A stretch of DNA of 64,000 bases from an uncultured delta proteobacterium (GCA_963745025.1 CAVUWD010000018.1:64858-128857); one strand, 5' to 3'. Shown: positions 49,429 through 61,100, counted from the stretch's first letter. The notes: generated from the letters alone by a model not told the origin. Numbers and translations: made by a program.

Positions 49429-50406
49429 TCAGACGCCCCGATTGAGCATTCGGTCGATCCGTCGATAAACGCCGCTGCCCTTGGCGAGCCCCGAAACCGA
49501 CCGCGCCCCGAGGAACTGGCCGAGGTTCTGCGCGAGGCTGAAGGGAGTCGCCTTTGCCCACCACTTGAGCCGGGTCGCTGGGACGAGAGACGCGTCGTTG
49601 GCAACGACCCGAAAGAGGTGCACGGCCCCTCCCGCAGTGCAAGCTGCAAGATCTCGCCAGCGAGGAACTGTTTGGACACCGAAAAGGCGGTGCAGATTCT
49701 GATGATCGAGGTAAATGCGCTTGAGCTCATACCACGTCGAGTTGTTGTGCGAATGAATGACACGCGAGAGGGGTTGGTAGACGATCTTGTATCCCGCGAG
49801 CAGCACGCGATGCCCCCAGTCGATGTCCTCACCGAAGCGGCGTTCACGAAACGGGATCTCCAGAGCCACCCGGCGGCGAACGCTCGAGCTCACGTTGTCG
49901 AACGCGGCCCGGGCGAGCTTGTCGAGGGGAAGCAGTGCCTCGAACTCCGCCACACTGGCGACGCACTGGATCCTAGGTGCCTCGGCGGTAGCCACCCAGC
50001 CGTTCAGGCGGTCGCGTATGAAGGGATTCGCGTCGGGTCGGGGAAGCTGGCGACTGTACGCCCCTGCGACTTGCGGGTCCGCGAAACAATCGACGAGTCG
50101 TTGCATCCAAAGGTCGTCGGCCGGCCGAGCGTCTTGCGTCGCGAGGACCACGATCTCCCCCCGCGCCTCGCGAACCCCGAGATTGCGAGTGAGACCGTGG
50201 TTGAACTCCGACTTCGGGATCTCGATCAAGCGAAGTGGCTGGCGCCGGAGGAACTCGGCGGTCCCATCCGTCGAGCTCGAATCGATGACGAGGATCTCGA
50301 AGTTGCGGTCGAGCCGCTGATTTCGCATCCGATCGAGGATCTCCGGGAACTCGGGACCCGCGTTCCAAGTGGGGATGAGCAGCGTGACGGCGGGATTTTC
50401 GGCCAT
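49429..50406 (-). CDS. GT2 glycosyltransferase (rhamnosyltransferase-like)
   Basis: IPTWNA, IDSSSTDGT, FNHGLTRN, TQDA, FGEDIDW, HSHN. Confidence 0.9.
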   Translation of the reverse strand: MAENPAVTLLIPTWNAGPEFPEILDRMRNQRLDRNFEILVIDSSSTDGTAEFLRRQPLRLIEIPKSEFNHGLTRNLGVREARGEIVVLATQDARPADDLWMQRLVDCFADPQVAGAYSRQLPRPDANPFIRDRLNGWVATAEAPRIQCVASVAEFEALLPLDKLARAAFDNVSSSVRRRVALEIPFRERRFGEDIDWGHRVLLAGYKIVYQPLSRVIHSHNNSTWYELKRIYLDHQNLHRLFGVQTVPRWRDLAACTAGGAVHLFRVVANDASLVPATRLKWWAKATPFSLAQNLGQFLGARSVSGLAKGSGVYRRIDRMLNRGV

Positions 50407-50416
50407 GCGCGGAAGC

Positions 50417-51742
50417 TCAGATCAACAGCGGGGGGCTATGCAGTGGCTCTCCCCGCGCGAAGCGCTGGGCAAAGTCGTAGATCTCCTCGAGCCGGGCCAC
50501 ACTCCTCCCGAGGTCGAAGACCAGCGAAGCCTTTCGGCTCATCCCGTCCCTGAGCTCCGAATCGGACAGAAGACGCGACAAGACACGCGCGAGATCCTCG
50601 GGATCGCCGGCACGGAAACCGAGCGCCAGACCCTCGTCGATCGCCTCCCCGAGGCCGCCGAGCCGGCTGGCGACAACTGGCAGGCCCGCGAGCGCACCCT
50701 CGCGCACGGTGAGAGGGAAGTTCTCCCACCAGAGCGAAGGGACGACGAGCACGTCGAGGCTAGCAAGAAGCGCAGACAGATCGCGATGATCGTAACGACC
50801 ATGAAATCGTACGTCGAGGTCCGGCCGGACGAGCAGCCGCAAGCGGTCGAGATACCCCGTGTCTCCATGAAAGTTCGGCGCCTCGCCGTGGACATGCAAA
50901 ACGAGGTCGCGGCGGTCGAGCCGGTTGAACGCCTCGCACAGAACGTGCACCCCTTTCGTCGGAATTACGCTGCCGATGAAGCCGATGTTACGTATCGCTC
51001 GCTTCCCGTGCGGCGCGCCGCCGAGTTCGTGCCTCGGGAAGCCGATTGGCGCGAGAAAGAGACGGTTTCGGTCCGCTCCCCATTCGATGAATCGCTCGCG
51101 GTGGAAACGCCCCGGAGCGGTCAGCGCCTGGCAAGAATCGACCATCCTACGGACGTGTGCTTCCCATGCCGTGAGCTTCTCCATCGAAGGCGGCCGGCCG
51201 AGCAAGCGCTCGAGCAGCGAGCGTGGGCCGTCGAGGGGAAGGAGGTGGGGCCAGAGCTGATTCAGGCAGGAGAGGCAGCGCGCGCGGTCGAGAGTCTCGC
51301 AGATGCCGAGATCGTCGGGGCGGATCCTCTGGCCGCGCAGGCAGACCATCCAGTAGTCGTGGAAGGTCATGACGACCGGCAGCCCGCGACGGCGAGCTAC
51401 CTCGATCATCGAGGTCGAGAGGCAGGTGAGATGATGGACGTGCACGAGGTCGGGCTGCGCTTCGTCTAGGAAATCGTTGAAGCGCGCGTCGATGGTCGGG
51501 TGCGTGTAGAGGAGCTCGAAGCTAGCGAGGTCGGCGAAGTTGTTCGTGATCCGTGTGACCCGGACTCCTTCCCATTCGCTGCGGCTGATCTCGAATTCGC
51601 CGTGCTCATTGCCCGCCAGCCGGGTGAATACCTCCACCTCGTGCCCCCGATCGCGCAGCCCGCGGCACAGATCGCGGACGTGGATCTGGGTTCCGGTCGT
51701 TTCGTGCGGAAGATATCCGTTGATGACCTGGACGACGCGCAA
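50417..51742 (-). CDS. GT4 glycosyltransferase
   Basis: PDLVHVHH, TFHDYW, KGVH, VPSLWWENFPL. Confidence 0.92.
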   Translation of the reverse strand: MRVVQVINGYLPHETTGTQIHVRDLCRGLRDRGHEVEVFTRLAGNEHGEFEISRSEWEGVRVTRITNNFADLASFELLYTHPTIDARFNDFLDEAQPDLVHVHHLTCLSTSMIEVARRRGLPVVMTFHDYWMVCLRGQRIRPDDLGICETLDRARCLSCLNQLWPHLLPLDGPRSLLERLLGRPPSMEKLTAWEAHVRRMVDSCQALTAPGRFHRERFIEWGADRNRLFLAPIGFPRHELGGAPHGKRAIRNIGFIGSVIPTKGVHVLCEAFNRLDRRDLVLHVHGEAPNFHGDTGYLDRLRLLVRPDLDVRFHGRYDHRDLSALLASLDVLVVPSLWWENFPLTVREGALAGLPVVASRLGGLGEAIDEGLALGFRAGDPEDLARVLSRLLSDSELRDGMSRKASLVFDLGRSVARLEEIYDFAQRFARGEPLHSPPLLI

Positions 51743-51743
51743 T

Positions 51744-53099
51744 TCAGCTCACCGGCAGCCGGCCCCCGAGAAGCAACTGGTATCTCTGCTCCATGGCGGC
51801 TGCGTCGTCCTCGATGGTCTTGACCGCGGGGAGCTGTCTTCGCAAGGAATCCAGCAGCCCCGGCTCGTGGCGCACCCGCAGAAGCTGACGCCGCAGGTCG
51901 GCGGCATCGCCGATCCGGAAGTGAAGTCCAGACTTGCCGTGCTCGACGAGCTCGGCCATGCCCCCGCGATCCGACGTCACCACGGGGAGACCGGCGAGAA
52001 ACGCCTCGTGGATGGTCAGTGGCGAATTCTCGAACCACATCGACGGGACGATCAGCAGGTCGAGCTCAGCGAACGCGGCGGCGACGCTCGCGTTCTCGAG
52101 GCGCCCCATGAAGCGAACGGCTGGCGGCGTTTCAACCGCGAGAAGGCGCTTGGTGTAGTCTGGAAACACGTCGAGGTCCCCGTAGACCCTGCATTCGATG
52201 CCCGGCTCGCGGATTTCCCGAAACGCCTCGACGACGAGGTGGACTCCCTTGTACTCGGAGATCGTTCCCACGTAGCCGACCCGAAGAATCGGCGATGGGC
52301 TTCGCCGGATCTTCGCGAAGGGCTCGACGAAGAAGCCGTAGTCGGAATGGAGAATGCGCTCGGGCCGGATCATCCCTTCGTCGACAAACCGCTGCCTCAG
52401 GAAGCGCGACGGGGCTAGAAAGAGGTCAACCTTGTCGAGCTCGGCCTGGATCTCCCTGCGCCGCAAGCGTACTGCGGCCAGATAGGCGCGTGCGTCTCCG
52501 TTTTCGGCGGGCCCTCCGACTCCGAGCTTCGCGGCGAGGCGGCGAAGCAGATCGGAAAGCGGCGATCGCGCCGTGGCCTCGAGCCTTGGCGGGGGCGAAT
52601 CCAGAGGCAAGGAGATCGTCGCCGCACAGCTCGCGCAGGCGCGAGGCTCGGGCCCCTCGCACAGGATCGTCCCGGGCCGCAGCAGCAGACCGTCGTTGAG
52701 GCACATGAGCATGTACTCGTGGAGGGTGTAGAGAACCGGCACATTCCGCCGGCGAGCGATGTCGATGTAACCGATGCTGTGCAAATGGAGATGCTGGAGG
52801 TGGGTGACGTCAGGTGCCGTCGCGTCGAGGACTCTCTGAAACAGCCCTTCCATCTCCGGGTCGCGGTAGCTGTGCCGAAAGGATGGGAGGTAGCGGTTGT
52901 GTACCGCCTCGAAGTACGGAATCCCGTCGAATTCGCCTTGCGTCAACTCATACTGGCGCCGATCGGGGCGGATCTCGGTGAAGAAAAGAGTGACACGATG
53001 GCCTCGAGCTCGGAGCGCCTGGGCGAGACGGTACGTGTAGACTTCGCTACCGGCGAGGTGCCGGGGCAAGAACTGATGGACGACCATCAGGATCTTCAT
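51744..53099 (-). CDS. GT4 glycosyltransferase
   Basis: MKILMVVHQF, TLHEY, KGVH, PSMWFENSPLTIHEA. Confidence 0.92.
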   Translation of the reverse strand: MKILMVVHQFLPRHLAGSEVYTYRLAQALRARGHRVTLFFTEIRPDRRQYELTQGEFDGIPYFEAVHNRYLPSFRHSYRDPEMEGLFQRVLDATAPDVTHLQHLHLHSIGYIDIARRRNVPVLYTLHEYMLMCLNDGLLLRPGTILCEGPEPRACASCAATISLPLDSPPPRLEATARSPLSDLLRRLAAKLGVGGPAENGDARAYLAAVRLRRREIQAELDKVDLFLAPSRFLRQRFVDEGMIRPERILHSDYGFFVEPFAKIRRSPSPILRVGYVGTISEYKGVHLVVEAFREIREPGIECRVYGDLDVFPDYTKRLLAVETPPAVRFMGRLENASVAAAFAELDLLIVPSMWFENSPLTIHEAFLAGLPVVTSDRGGMAELVEHGKSGLHFRIGDAADLRRQLLRVRHEPGLLDSLRRQLPAVKTIEDDAAAMEQRYQLLLGGRLPVS

Positions 53100-53232
53100 C
53101 GGTCCCGTCGTTGGTTCACTCCTTTAGTTTCCGGCTACCCCCCCGAGGCGTCAAGCTCGGATCCCGCAGACCGGAAGCCGGATTTGACAGGGGATTCCCC
53201 CGGCTCGTACAAGGATCTTGATCCAATTGGCT

Positions 53233-54231
53233 ATGGGCGCTCCACCCGTCTACGAATCGGAACAGCCGCCGGGTGGTGACAAAGTCGACCTCTCTGTCGT
53301 CGTGCCGACCTACAACGGCGAGCGGACGATTGCCGACTGCCTGGAATCCGTCCAGCGGGCTGTGCGCCATCACCGGGCGGAGGTCATTGTAGTCGACAGC
53401 TCGACGGACGCGACTCCCGACGTGGTCCGTCGACGCTTCCCTGGCCTGACTCTCGTGCGCTCCGAGGAACGGCTCTCGGCCGGCGAGGCGCGAAACCGTG
53501 GCGTTGCCCTGGCTCGCGGACGGCTGATCTTCTTCACGGATCAAGACTGCGTGGTCCCTGCGGATTGGATCGCCCGGTTCGAAGAGCATCTCCGCGATCC
53601 GACAGTCGACGGGGCGGGCGGCGCGGTCGGTATCCGCAACATTTCGAGCGCGAGCGGTTGCGCTCTCTATTTCCTCGAATTCCTCTATCACTTTCCGGCC
53701 GGCGGACCCCCGCAGCGGGACACGAGGTTTCTCATCGGTTGCAATGCCGCGTATCGCGCCAGCGTGGTGCAAGCCGTGCACTTTCCCGATCAGACGCTCG
53801 CAGAGGACGTTCTCTTCTGGCACCAGCTTCGCCAGCGTGGCTTTCATACCGTGCACGACCCGCGCATCGAGGTGGTGCATCAGAACAAAGAGGGTTGGAG
53901 AATATTCTTCGCCTACAACCACCGGATGGGCCGCGCGGCGGCGGCGTATCACACGACGCTTGGCCTCCCTTGGGCCACACCTTTTCTCCGTCATCCAGCC
54001 CTCGCGTTTGTCGCTCCACTAGCAATCCTACCTTCCATCGTCGTCAAGCTCGTGCGGTCGCGCCCCGCCTACCTCTGGCGGTTTATTCTGCTCGCGCCGA
54101 TGTGCTTCCTCGGAAATCTCTACTGGGCGTGCGGTTTCTTCGAGCAGGCCCGCGAGACGTTCGCGAAAGGACCGCTCGCAACCGTGCCCCAATCGCCCGA
54201 CAAGCCTTCGCTCCCTCGTTCAAGAACGTGA
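53233..54231 (+). CDS. GT2 glycosyltransferase
   Basis: SVVVPTYN, VVDSSTD, ARNRG, FTDQDC, AEDV. Confidence 0.9.
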   Translation: MGAPPVYESEQPPGGDKVDLSVVVPTYNGERTIADCLESVQRAVRHHRAEVIVVDSSTDATPDVVRRRFPGLTLVRSEERLSAGEARNRGVALARGRLIFFTDQDCVVPADWIARFEEHLRDPTVDGAGGAVGIRNISSASGCALYFLEFLYHFPAGGPPQRDTRFLIGCNAAYRASVVQAVHFPDQTLAEDVLFWHQLRQRGFHTVHDPRIEVVHQNKEGWRIFFAYNHRMGRAAAAYHTTLGLPWATPFLRHPALAFVAPLAILPSIVVKLVRSRPAYLWRFILLAPMCFLGNLYWACGFFEQARETFAKGPLATVPQSPDKPSLPRSRT

Positions 54232-55605
54232 CGGGCCGGACGCTCGGAGGAGTCCCCGGTAGCGGACGAGGAGCTCGGCGGCGTGTTCCTCGATGTTCGG
54301 GACAGTCGGGATGCCTCGCCGCAGGCGGTCGATTGTTTCAGGATGGTCGACAATGTGGAGTAGCTTCTCGCGCAAATCGGCGGCGTCACCGAGTCGGAAA
54401 TGTAGGCCGTCGACGCCGTCGCGAACCAGCTCTGCCATGCCACCGACGTCTCCGGTAATCACCGGAACGCCGGCGATGAATGCTTCCTGGATCGTGAGCG
54501 GTGAGTTCTCGTACCAGAGGCTGGGGACGACGACTACGTCGAGATCCCCGAGAATCGCACCCACGCGCTCGTTGTCGTAGGCGCCGTGGAATACCACGTT
54601 TGCCGTCGTTCGACGTTCAACGCGTCTCCAGAAACTCTTCGAGATGGGGCTGCCGAACACCGAGCCGAAGACGTGCAGGCTGGCGCCGTCGCCGAGCCCG
54701 CGAAAGGCCTCGAGAAGCAGCTCGAGGCCTTTCTGCGGGTGAAGGGCACCGATGTATCCGAAGCGAATCGGGCCACGGCGTTCATCCCGACCGGCCGCAG
54801 CAAAGTGGCGCAGCCCGTACCTAGCGAGAATCACCTTGTGCGCGGGAAGCCCGCAGCTCACGTAACGCCGGAGCAGGAAGTCGCTTGGCGCGACGAAGAG
54901 GTCCGCGTCGTGAAAAATGCGTCGGGTGTGCGTGAAGAAGAAGTCGCGCTTGCGCTGGAAGTCGTCTTGCCGCGGGTCGCCCACCCACATGGCCGCGCGA
55001 TCGGTGGCGGCGAGAAGGAGGCGCCGGAACAGCGGACGGGGGTGCTGACGCGCGTAGAGCTGCCAGCGGGCGAGCGACGGTAGCCGCGCACTCCAGGGGT
55101 GGTTCCGGCGTCGCCGGTGCGTGCGGATCAGAACGGGACAGCAGTCCTGAAAGAAGTCCGCGTTCTGTTTGCCGCACAGGACTCCGTCGTCCCGAAGTAG
55201 TAGTGCGTTCGGACAGATCAGGCCGTAGTCGTGGAGCGTGTAGACGACGGAGGTGCCGCCCTCCTTGGCGAGGGTCACAAGATCGTCGGCGAGACTCAGG
55301 AAATTGTGGAAGTGAACGATCTCGGGGCGGAACTCCTCGAGAGCGATTCGAAAGCTCCGGCGGAGGAACTCGTTCGGCCAATCGGCCAGACGGGCATACT
55401 CGCCGCCATCGATGCAGTGATAGGTTTCGAGACTGCCGAGCGTTGCGCGCCGAAGGCGACGCCGCCATACGCGCGGAGTGTGGGAGACGTGAAAGATGCA
55501 AACCCTCTCGCTATCGCTGAGCTGCCGAGAGAGGTTGTAGCAGTAAACCTCCGATCCCTGGGAGGAGTACGGAGGAAACTGGTGGATGACCTGGAGAATG
55601 CGCAA
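54220..55605 (-). CDS. GT4 glycosyltransferase
   Basis: ILQVIHQF, TLHDY, KGLE, PSLWYENSPLTIQEA. Confidence 0.92.
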   Translation of the reverse strand: MRILQVIHQFPPYSSQGSEVYCYNLSRQLSDSERVCIFHVSHTPRVWRRRLRRATLGSLETYHCIDGGEYARLADWPNEFLRRSFRIALEEFRPEIVHFHNFLSLADDLVTLAKEGGTSVVYTLHDYGLICPNALLLRDDGVLCGKQNADFFQDCCPVLIRTHRRRRNHPWSARLPSLARWQLYARQHPRPLFRRLLLAATDRAAMWVGDPRQDDFQRKRDFFFTHTRRIFHDADLFVAPSDFLLRRYVSCGLPAHKVILARYGLRHFAAAGRDERRGPIRFGYIGALHPQKGLELLLEAFRGLGDGASLHVFGSVFGSPISKSFWRRVERRTTANVVFHGAYDNERVGAILGDLDVVVVPSLWYENSPLTIQEAFIAGVPVITGDVGGMAELVRDGVDGLHFRLGDAADLREKLLHIVDHPETIDRLRRGIPTVPNIEEHAAELLVRYRGLLRASGPSRS

Positions 55606-55641
55606 TCCCGCTCGTCTCTTCTGGCCGATGACTCTCCACGC

Positions 55642-57060
55642 TCATTCGCGGAAGACCGCGCGCCAGATGCTCCGTAGCGACGCGGTCCACCGCCAGCTCC
55701 GCGTCGCGGCGACTCCCTCGAGCTGCGCCCTGATTTCCTTCAGGGCTTCTGCCGAGCGTTCTGCTTCCCCCCGTACATTCGCGACCTCTCCTTTCAGCGC
55801 CGCCACCTCGCCATCGCGCGCAGCCAAGGCCCGGCGAAGTTGCTCCGCGTCGGCGCTGTTTGATTCCAGCGAGCGGCGGAGTTGCCTGATGTGAAGGTCT
55901 TGCGATTCGAGCGACCGGCGAAGCTCGGCCGTTTCGGTATCGCGGGTCTTGAGAGCCTCGCGGAGCTCTTCCAGATGGCGATCTTGCGATTCGAGCGACC
56001 GGCGCAGCTCGGCCGTTTCGGTATCGCGGGTTTTGAGTGCCTCGCGGAGCTCTTCGAGATGGCGATCTTGCGATTCGAGCGATCGGCGCAGCTCTTCGAC
56101 CTGCGTGTCTCGCGAGCGCACGAGGTCCGATAGCCGCTCGGTCTCCGCTTCCCGCGCCGGAAGCTCCCGGCGAAGACGTTCGGTTTCTTGCTTCTGGCTT
56201 TGCAGCTCTATCGCGATGTCGTTTCGGGCGTGATCCAGTTCAGCGACCCGACGCTCCAGTTCTTCGACGCCGCGATGCCTCAGCTGTAGATGAATACGCA
56301 CCGCGTCCGGATCGTACGGCGTAAGCGTCTTCGGATCTCGGAGGAATGAGTGGCCCGGTTCGATGCCATCGTACTGCACGTGCCAGCCGCCCTCGCGCTC
56401 GGCTGGATCGAATCGCGGACGGCGTTCGCGAAAAATCTTTCGCTCCCCGTGTGCCTGGCTCCGGATCGGGTAGTGCCGAAGCACGAAGCGTAGCGGGAAC
56501 ACCCGCCGGCCTGGGAAGGAAACATCATGTCCTCCGCTCGAAGCGAGGTCGACCCGCACGTCGAGCTTCTTCCAGCAACGGATCTGCAGTTTGTCCCAGG
56601 GATCACCGAACTCGTAGTATTTGAATGCACGGCGGACATCGGCGGTTCGCCGCGATGCGTTGTTCGTTGGTCGGAAATTGAGAAGCTCGAAGTCGATCGC
56701 GTTGTAGCCGGCTCGGTCGACCGTGCGAATCGCGTCCCGCAGCTTCAGGTGACGCCATGGACTCTCGCGGAACTCATCGGCATCGTGGTGGATGAACCAA
56801 TCGGCGTCGAGCTCCTCCGCTAGCAGCTCTTTTCTAGCGAGGATTTCACGCCAGGCGTAGCGATCGCTCGGGAAGCGCTCGATGTCCAGCAAGCCATGGC
56901 CGAGGAACCTGGATGCCCGCTCTACGGTGCCGTCCGTTGACCCGTTATCGAGGAGGTAGGTACTCACACCTTGCTTCACGAGATCGCTGATTGCCTCCGC
57001 GATGATGTCCTCCTCGTTGAAGGCTGCGATGATCGCAACGACAGTGAAGTCCGTACCCAT
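55642..57060 (-). CDS. GT2-like glycosyltransferase with C-terminal coiled coil
   Basis: FNEEDI, DNGSTDGT, HHDADEF, HYPIRS; heptad-rich tail ending SWRWTASLR. Confidence 0.88.
   Translation of the reverse strand: MGTDFTVVAIIAAFNEEDIIAEAISDLVKQGVSTYLLDNGSTDGTVERASRFLGHGLLDIERFPSDRYAWREILARKELLAEELDADWFIHHDADEFRESPWRHLKLRDAIRTVDRAGYNAIDFELLNFRPTNNASRRTADVRRAFKYYEFGDPWDKLQIRCWKKLDVRVDLASSGGHDVSFPGRRVFPLRFVLRHYPIRSQAHGERKIFRERRPRFDPAEREGGWHVQYDGIEPGHSFLRDPKTLTPYDPDAVRIHLQLRHRGVEELERRVAELDHARNDIAIELQSQKQETERLRRELPAREAETERLSDLVRSRDTQVEELRRSLESQDRHLEELREALKTRDTETAELRRSLESQDRHLEELREALKTRDTETAELRRSLESQDLHIRQLRRSLESNSADAEQLRRALAARDGEVAALKGEVANVRGEAERSAEALKEIRAQLEGVAATRSWRWTASLRSIWRAVFRE
55898..56092 (-). 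repeat. 84-bp in-frame tandem repeat (~2.3 copies)
   Basis: TCTTGCGATTCGAGCGA recurs at 55898, 55982 and 56066; unit RDTETAELRRSLESQDRHLEELREALKT. Confidence 0.9.
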
Positions 57061-57359
57061 TCGTAACGTCAGACACTTGGCAACTGAGTCAGCTCCGCGC
57101 AAGCGGTTCCCATCACACCGTGGGCCCTCACGAATCTAGAGTAACACAATCGGCAGTCTTGTTTGTATGCTGGGCGCCGGCCGCCTCCTTGCACCTGATT
57201 CCAAGCCGCGAAGGCTGATCCACGTCGACTCTCTTTCTCGCATAGGTCTTGGCCCTCGCCCAAGCGAGGTTCAGGAGGCGAAGGCTGTGCGGAAGTATCG
57301 CTCTCGAGGGCGACGCCGGCGGCGACCGAGCCGAGAGCTCGCCTCGCGGAGATTCTGCA

Positions 57360-57540
57360 GCTCATGAGGGGCTGGCGCTGTGTCCGGACGAGAAGTAGAC
57401 GCTGATCGCGGCGGTGGACGACGCGACGAAGAGAGTATGCAACGCGCAGCTTTGGCCCTGGGAACCCTCGAGGCAGTGATTGGCGCCGTGCGGGGCGTGC
57501 TTGTGGCACATGGGCTTCCGATGTCGTTTTACACCAGGAG
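57360..57540 (+). mobile_element. Degenerate ISNCY/IS1202-like transposase core fragment
   Basis: LALCPDEK*TLIAAVDDATKR..AQLWP / TLEAVIGAVRGVLVAHGLPMSFYT. Confidence 0.6.
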
Positions 57541-57775
57541 CTCTCCCCAAGTTCTTGACCGCCTACGAAACCGCGGGTAGGTCCACACTTCGTAATGTGG
57601 TGTCTGGAGTCTTCGCTTGACCACGGCCAGGCGCTTCGTCACACTCAAGGGTCGAAGCCGCGTCGATCTTACAGCAGAGAGTTCGCGGGGGGATGTCAGA
57701 AGCGAAAGATATGTGCAGATAACTGCGTCCTTCGCCTCGGCCGCCGCGATGACGAGGTACCCTCGATCAAGCCGT

Positions 57776-58036
57776 ATGCTGGATAGGCCACTCGTCTCTG
57801 TCGTCGTGCCGTTCTTCAACGCGGCGCCCTTTCTCGCAGAAGCCGTCAGCAGCGTCATCAGCCAAACCTACGATCACTGGGAGATCCTCCTGATCGATGA
57901 CGGATCCGGCGACGCGAGCACGGAAATTGCTCTGCGTTATGCGCTTCAGCAGGAAATGACCGCCATGCGCAAACCCAGAAGTTGGCGATGGATTGCCCCG
58001 CCGCGGCGACTATTCGATATGCTTAACAGTTCCTGA
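57776..58036 (+). pseudogene. Internally deleted GT2 gene
   Basis: PLVSVVVPFFNA..IDDGSGD joined directly to a RSWRWIAPPR tail. Confidence 0.75.
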
Positions 58037-58175
58037 AAAACTCAGTTGCAGGGTATTGGTGCCAGAATCGACTGTTGAATTTCCAGGAAAATTGTTTATG
58101 GCGCGACACCTCAAAGGGCGTTTCTCAGCAGCCGATTAAATTGATTGTACGGGGTCGATAGAACTTTAGGGTAGT

Positions 58176-61100
58176 ATGACGATTGGTTTTAGCCAGGACG
58201 TATTTGAGGGTCATGTCGATCGGGTGGAGAACGGTCGGGTTTTCGGCTGGCTGTGGCAATCGGATCTTCCAAACGCTCCCGTATCGGTAGACCTTTACGT
58301 CGACAACGTTTATGAACAGACGACGGTAGCCTTGCTGTACCGCGCGGATCTCGAAAGTGCGGGAAAAGGAAACGGGCGACACGCGTTTGAAGTAACCCTG
58401 CCCGCCCGCTGCTACGATGGTAAAGCGCACGGAATCAAGCTTTGTTGCCAGGGGACTACCCTAGAGCTACACGGAAGTCCCCAGTCAGTATCTCTCGAGC
58501 CGAGAACAACTCCGGCTTTTCGTATCGACAACCAACAAAGAGTTACTGCTGTGCCGAATCCGTCGAAGACGAGTGTGCTCCCCCGCTTTCGTATGTTCGG
58601 TGTCCTTGGCACGTGGATGGAAGCGGATGTTGTCGCCGCCAACATACGAAACGCCATGACCCAGGGGTGCGAGCGTGTGTACTTGGTCGACAACGGCAGC
58701 ACCGACGGCACCGTCGATATCGCCTGCGCAGAGGGCGCGATCCTCGCACGTTTGTTCCGCACCGACCGATACGATGAGAATCTGCGCCTCCGCCACATGA
58801 ACGACGTCGTTTCCGAAGTATCGGAGTCGGAGCGTGACCAATACATCTGGTGGCTCTTCCTTGACGCTGACGAGTTTGCCCACGGGCCTGGGGGGATGAC
58901 GCTGCGCGATTATCTGAAGACTTTGGACAAGAAGTTCCGCGTGGTGGGGACCAGATTCTTCGATCATTATCCGGGCGACAGTCCACACTACGTGCCCGGT
59001 CGCCATCCGCTCGATTTTCAGCCGCTCTGCGAAGAACTCGCCTATCCCATGTGCCCCAGCATGCACCGTAAGCACCCCTTACAGAGATACGATAGGGGCG
59101 GTGCTCCAATCGAGTGTGGGAGGGGCTTTCATCTTGCGCAGTGCACCGATCAACTCTACGAGCCTTCCCAACCCGCATTCCTTCACCATTTTCCGTTTCG
59201 CGAAGAGAATGTGACCCGCGGGAGGCTTAAAGCACTCTGGGCGAAGGACCAAAAAGGAGTCGCAAGGGCGTTGGAATCGCACGACACGCACATGCTGACA
59301 CGCTTTCGATCGCTGGATGCCGTTTATTCCCAGGATTGGGCCAGGGTTGGGAATTTCATAACGGTAGATCCAATGTGCGGCCTGCTCGAGTCTCCCCCGC
59401 CTGCTTCGGGCGTGAGCTTGAGACCGTGGACCGAGATGGTGGCGACCGAGCATCAGCACGTGCTCCGTTGGTATTCGGTGATCGGCGTTTGGAATTATGA
59501 CAAACTCGATAAGTTTAACTACGGTGACGACACCACATACAAAAAGGGAATCGCGTTTCTCGACGGTCACGGCACAATCGAAGATTGGGGATGCGGGTTT
59601 GCGCATGCCAAACCGTTCGTCACCAAGAGCCAGTACGTCGGTATAGACGGAAGCTCGAAGCATGCCGATAAGATTGTGGATCTGAGGGAGTATACCTCAG
59701 AGACCGATTGCATATTTATGCGGCATGTCTTGGAGCATAATTTTGATTGGAGGCGAATCTTAGCCAACGCGATTGCTTCCTTCAAGAAGCGCATGGTCCT
59801 CGTCATCTTCACTCCGCTGAGTGAAACGACTCGTCAGATCGCGACATCAACTGTCTTAACTTCGATCCCTGTGCCGGATATTTCATTCAGGAAAGAAGAC
59901 CTGACAGACTACTTCAAGCACTACAGATGCACGGAGGAATCGCTTAAAACCGATACTCAGTACGGAACAGAGCACGTCTTCTACATCGAGAAGTATGCCG
60001 AAGAGCAGCTACCAACGCAGACTTCGAGAGTGACGCGGCTCGAAGAGCAACTCGGAAGCGAGCTCGATGCTTGGGCCGCCGCTGGGATGACCGCCAGGTT
60101 GTGGTGGCGCGACGACGATGCGGCTTCTGATACGCCTCAGCTTCGTCGCCTTCTCGATGTCGCGCGGGACGTCGGAATCGTGGTTGCCCTAGCCGTCGTT
60201 CCAGAACGTGCCGACGATTCGTTGGCGACGTTGGTCTCTCCAGCGGAATGCTGTATCTGGCAGCACGGCTGGGGCCATCACTTCCACGCGAGCGGCGAAT
60301 TTGGAGACGGCCGCGCGCTGGACCTCATGATGGACGACGCCCTGGCTGGGCAGCGCTCTTTGGACCGCCTTTTCGGTCCAGCCGGATGGCAGCGGGTGTT
60401 TGTGCCGCCCAATCACGCACTGTCGGTGCCATTCAAAGCACTTATTCCGAGCCTTGGATATCTAGGCGTCTCCGCCGGCGTTCAGCTGACTCCACCTATA
60501 GATCACGTCATCGAAATGAACGCAGACACCGATGTGATGAACTGGTCCGAAGGGAAGATCCTTGGCGCAGATGGCATCTGCAGAATGCTCGTCGACCAGC
60601 TCATGGCGCGCCGGACGGGAGAAGCACCGTGCAAGCGCCCCATAGGTATTCTGACCCATCATCTGGCGTTCGACGACGATGCTTGGGACTTTGTCTCGAG
60701 GCTTCTTCGATACCTCAAATCGCACCCTGCCGTCGAAGTGCTTCGAGCCGATACTTTGTTCGAGGTTCCAAGTGATTCGTTGATGCAGGCACCGCCAGCG
60801 GACCTACCAGGGAGGGTAAAGCACCCTGATCAATCGACGGCTAGCATCACGGTTGTGATCACCAGCTGTGGTCGGCAGGACCTTCTTGTGCGAACGCTTG
60901 ATAGCTTTCTGAAATACAATGGCTATCCTATTCGTGAGGTCGTTGTAATTGAAGACGGAGAGGCAGAGAAGAACGTGGCGCTACAGGAGCGCTATCGGCA
61001 ACACGATTTCAGATGGCTATCGACCGGCGCGCAAGTTGGACAGATAGCCGCAATCGACATGGTCTACCGCTCGGTCGAAACAGAGTACATTTTTCATTGC

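Noticed and set aside
55898-56092. Possible CRISPR array
   Set aside because: Repeats are contiguous, in frame and lack unique spacers; no cas genes or CRISPR array seen anywhere in the window
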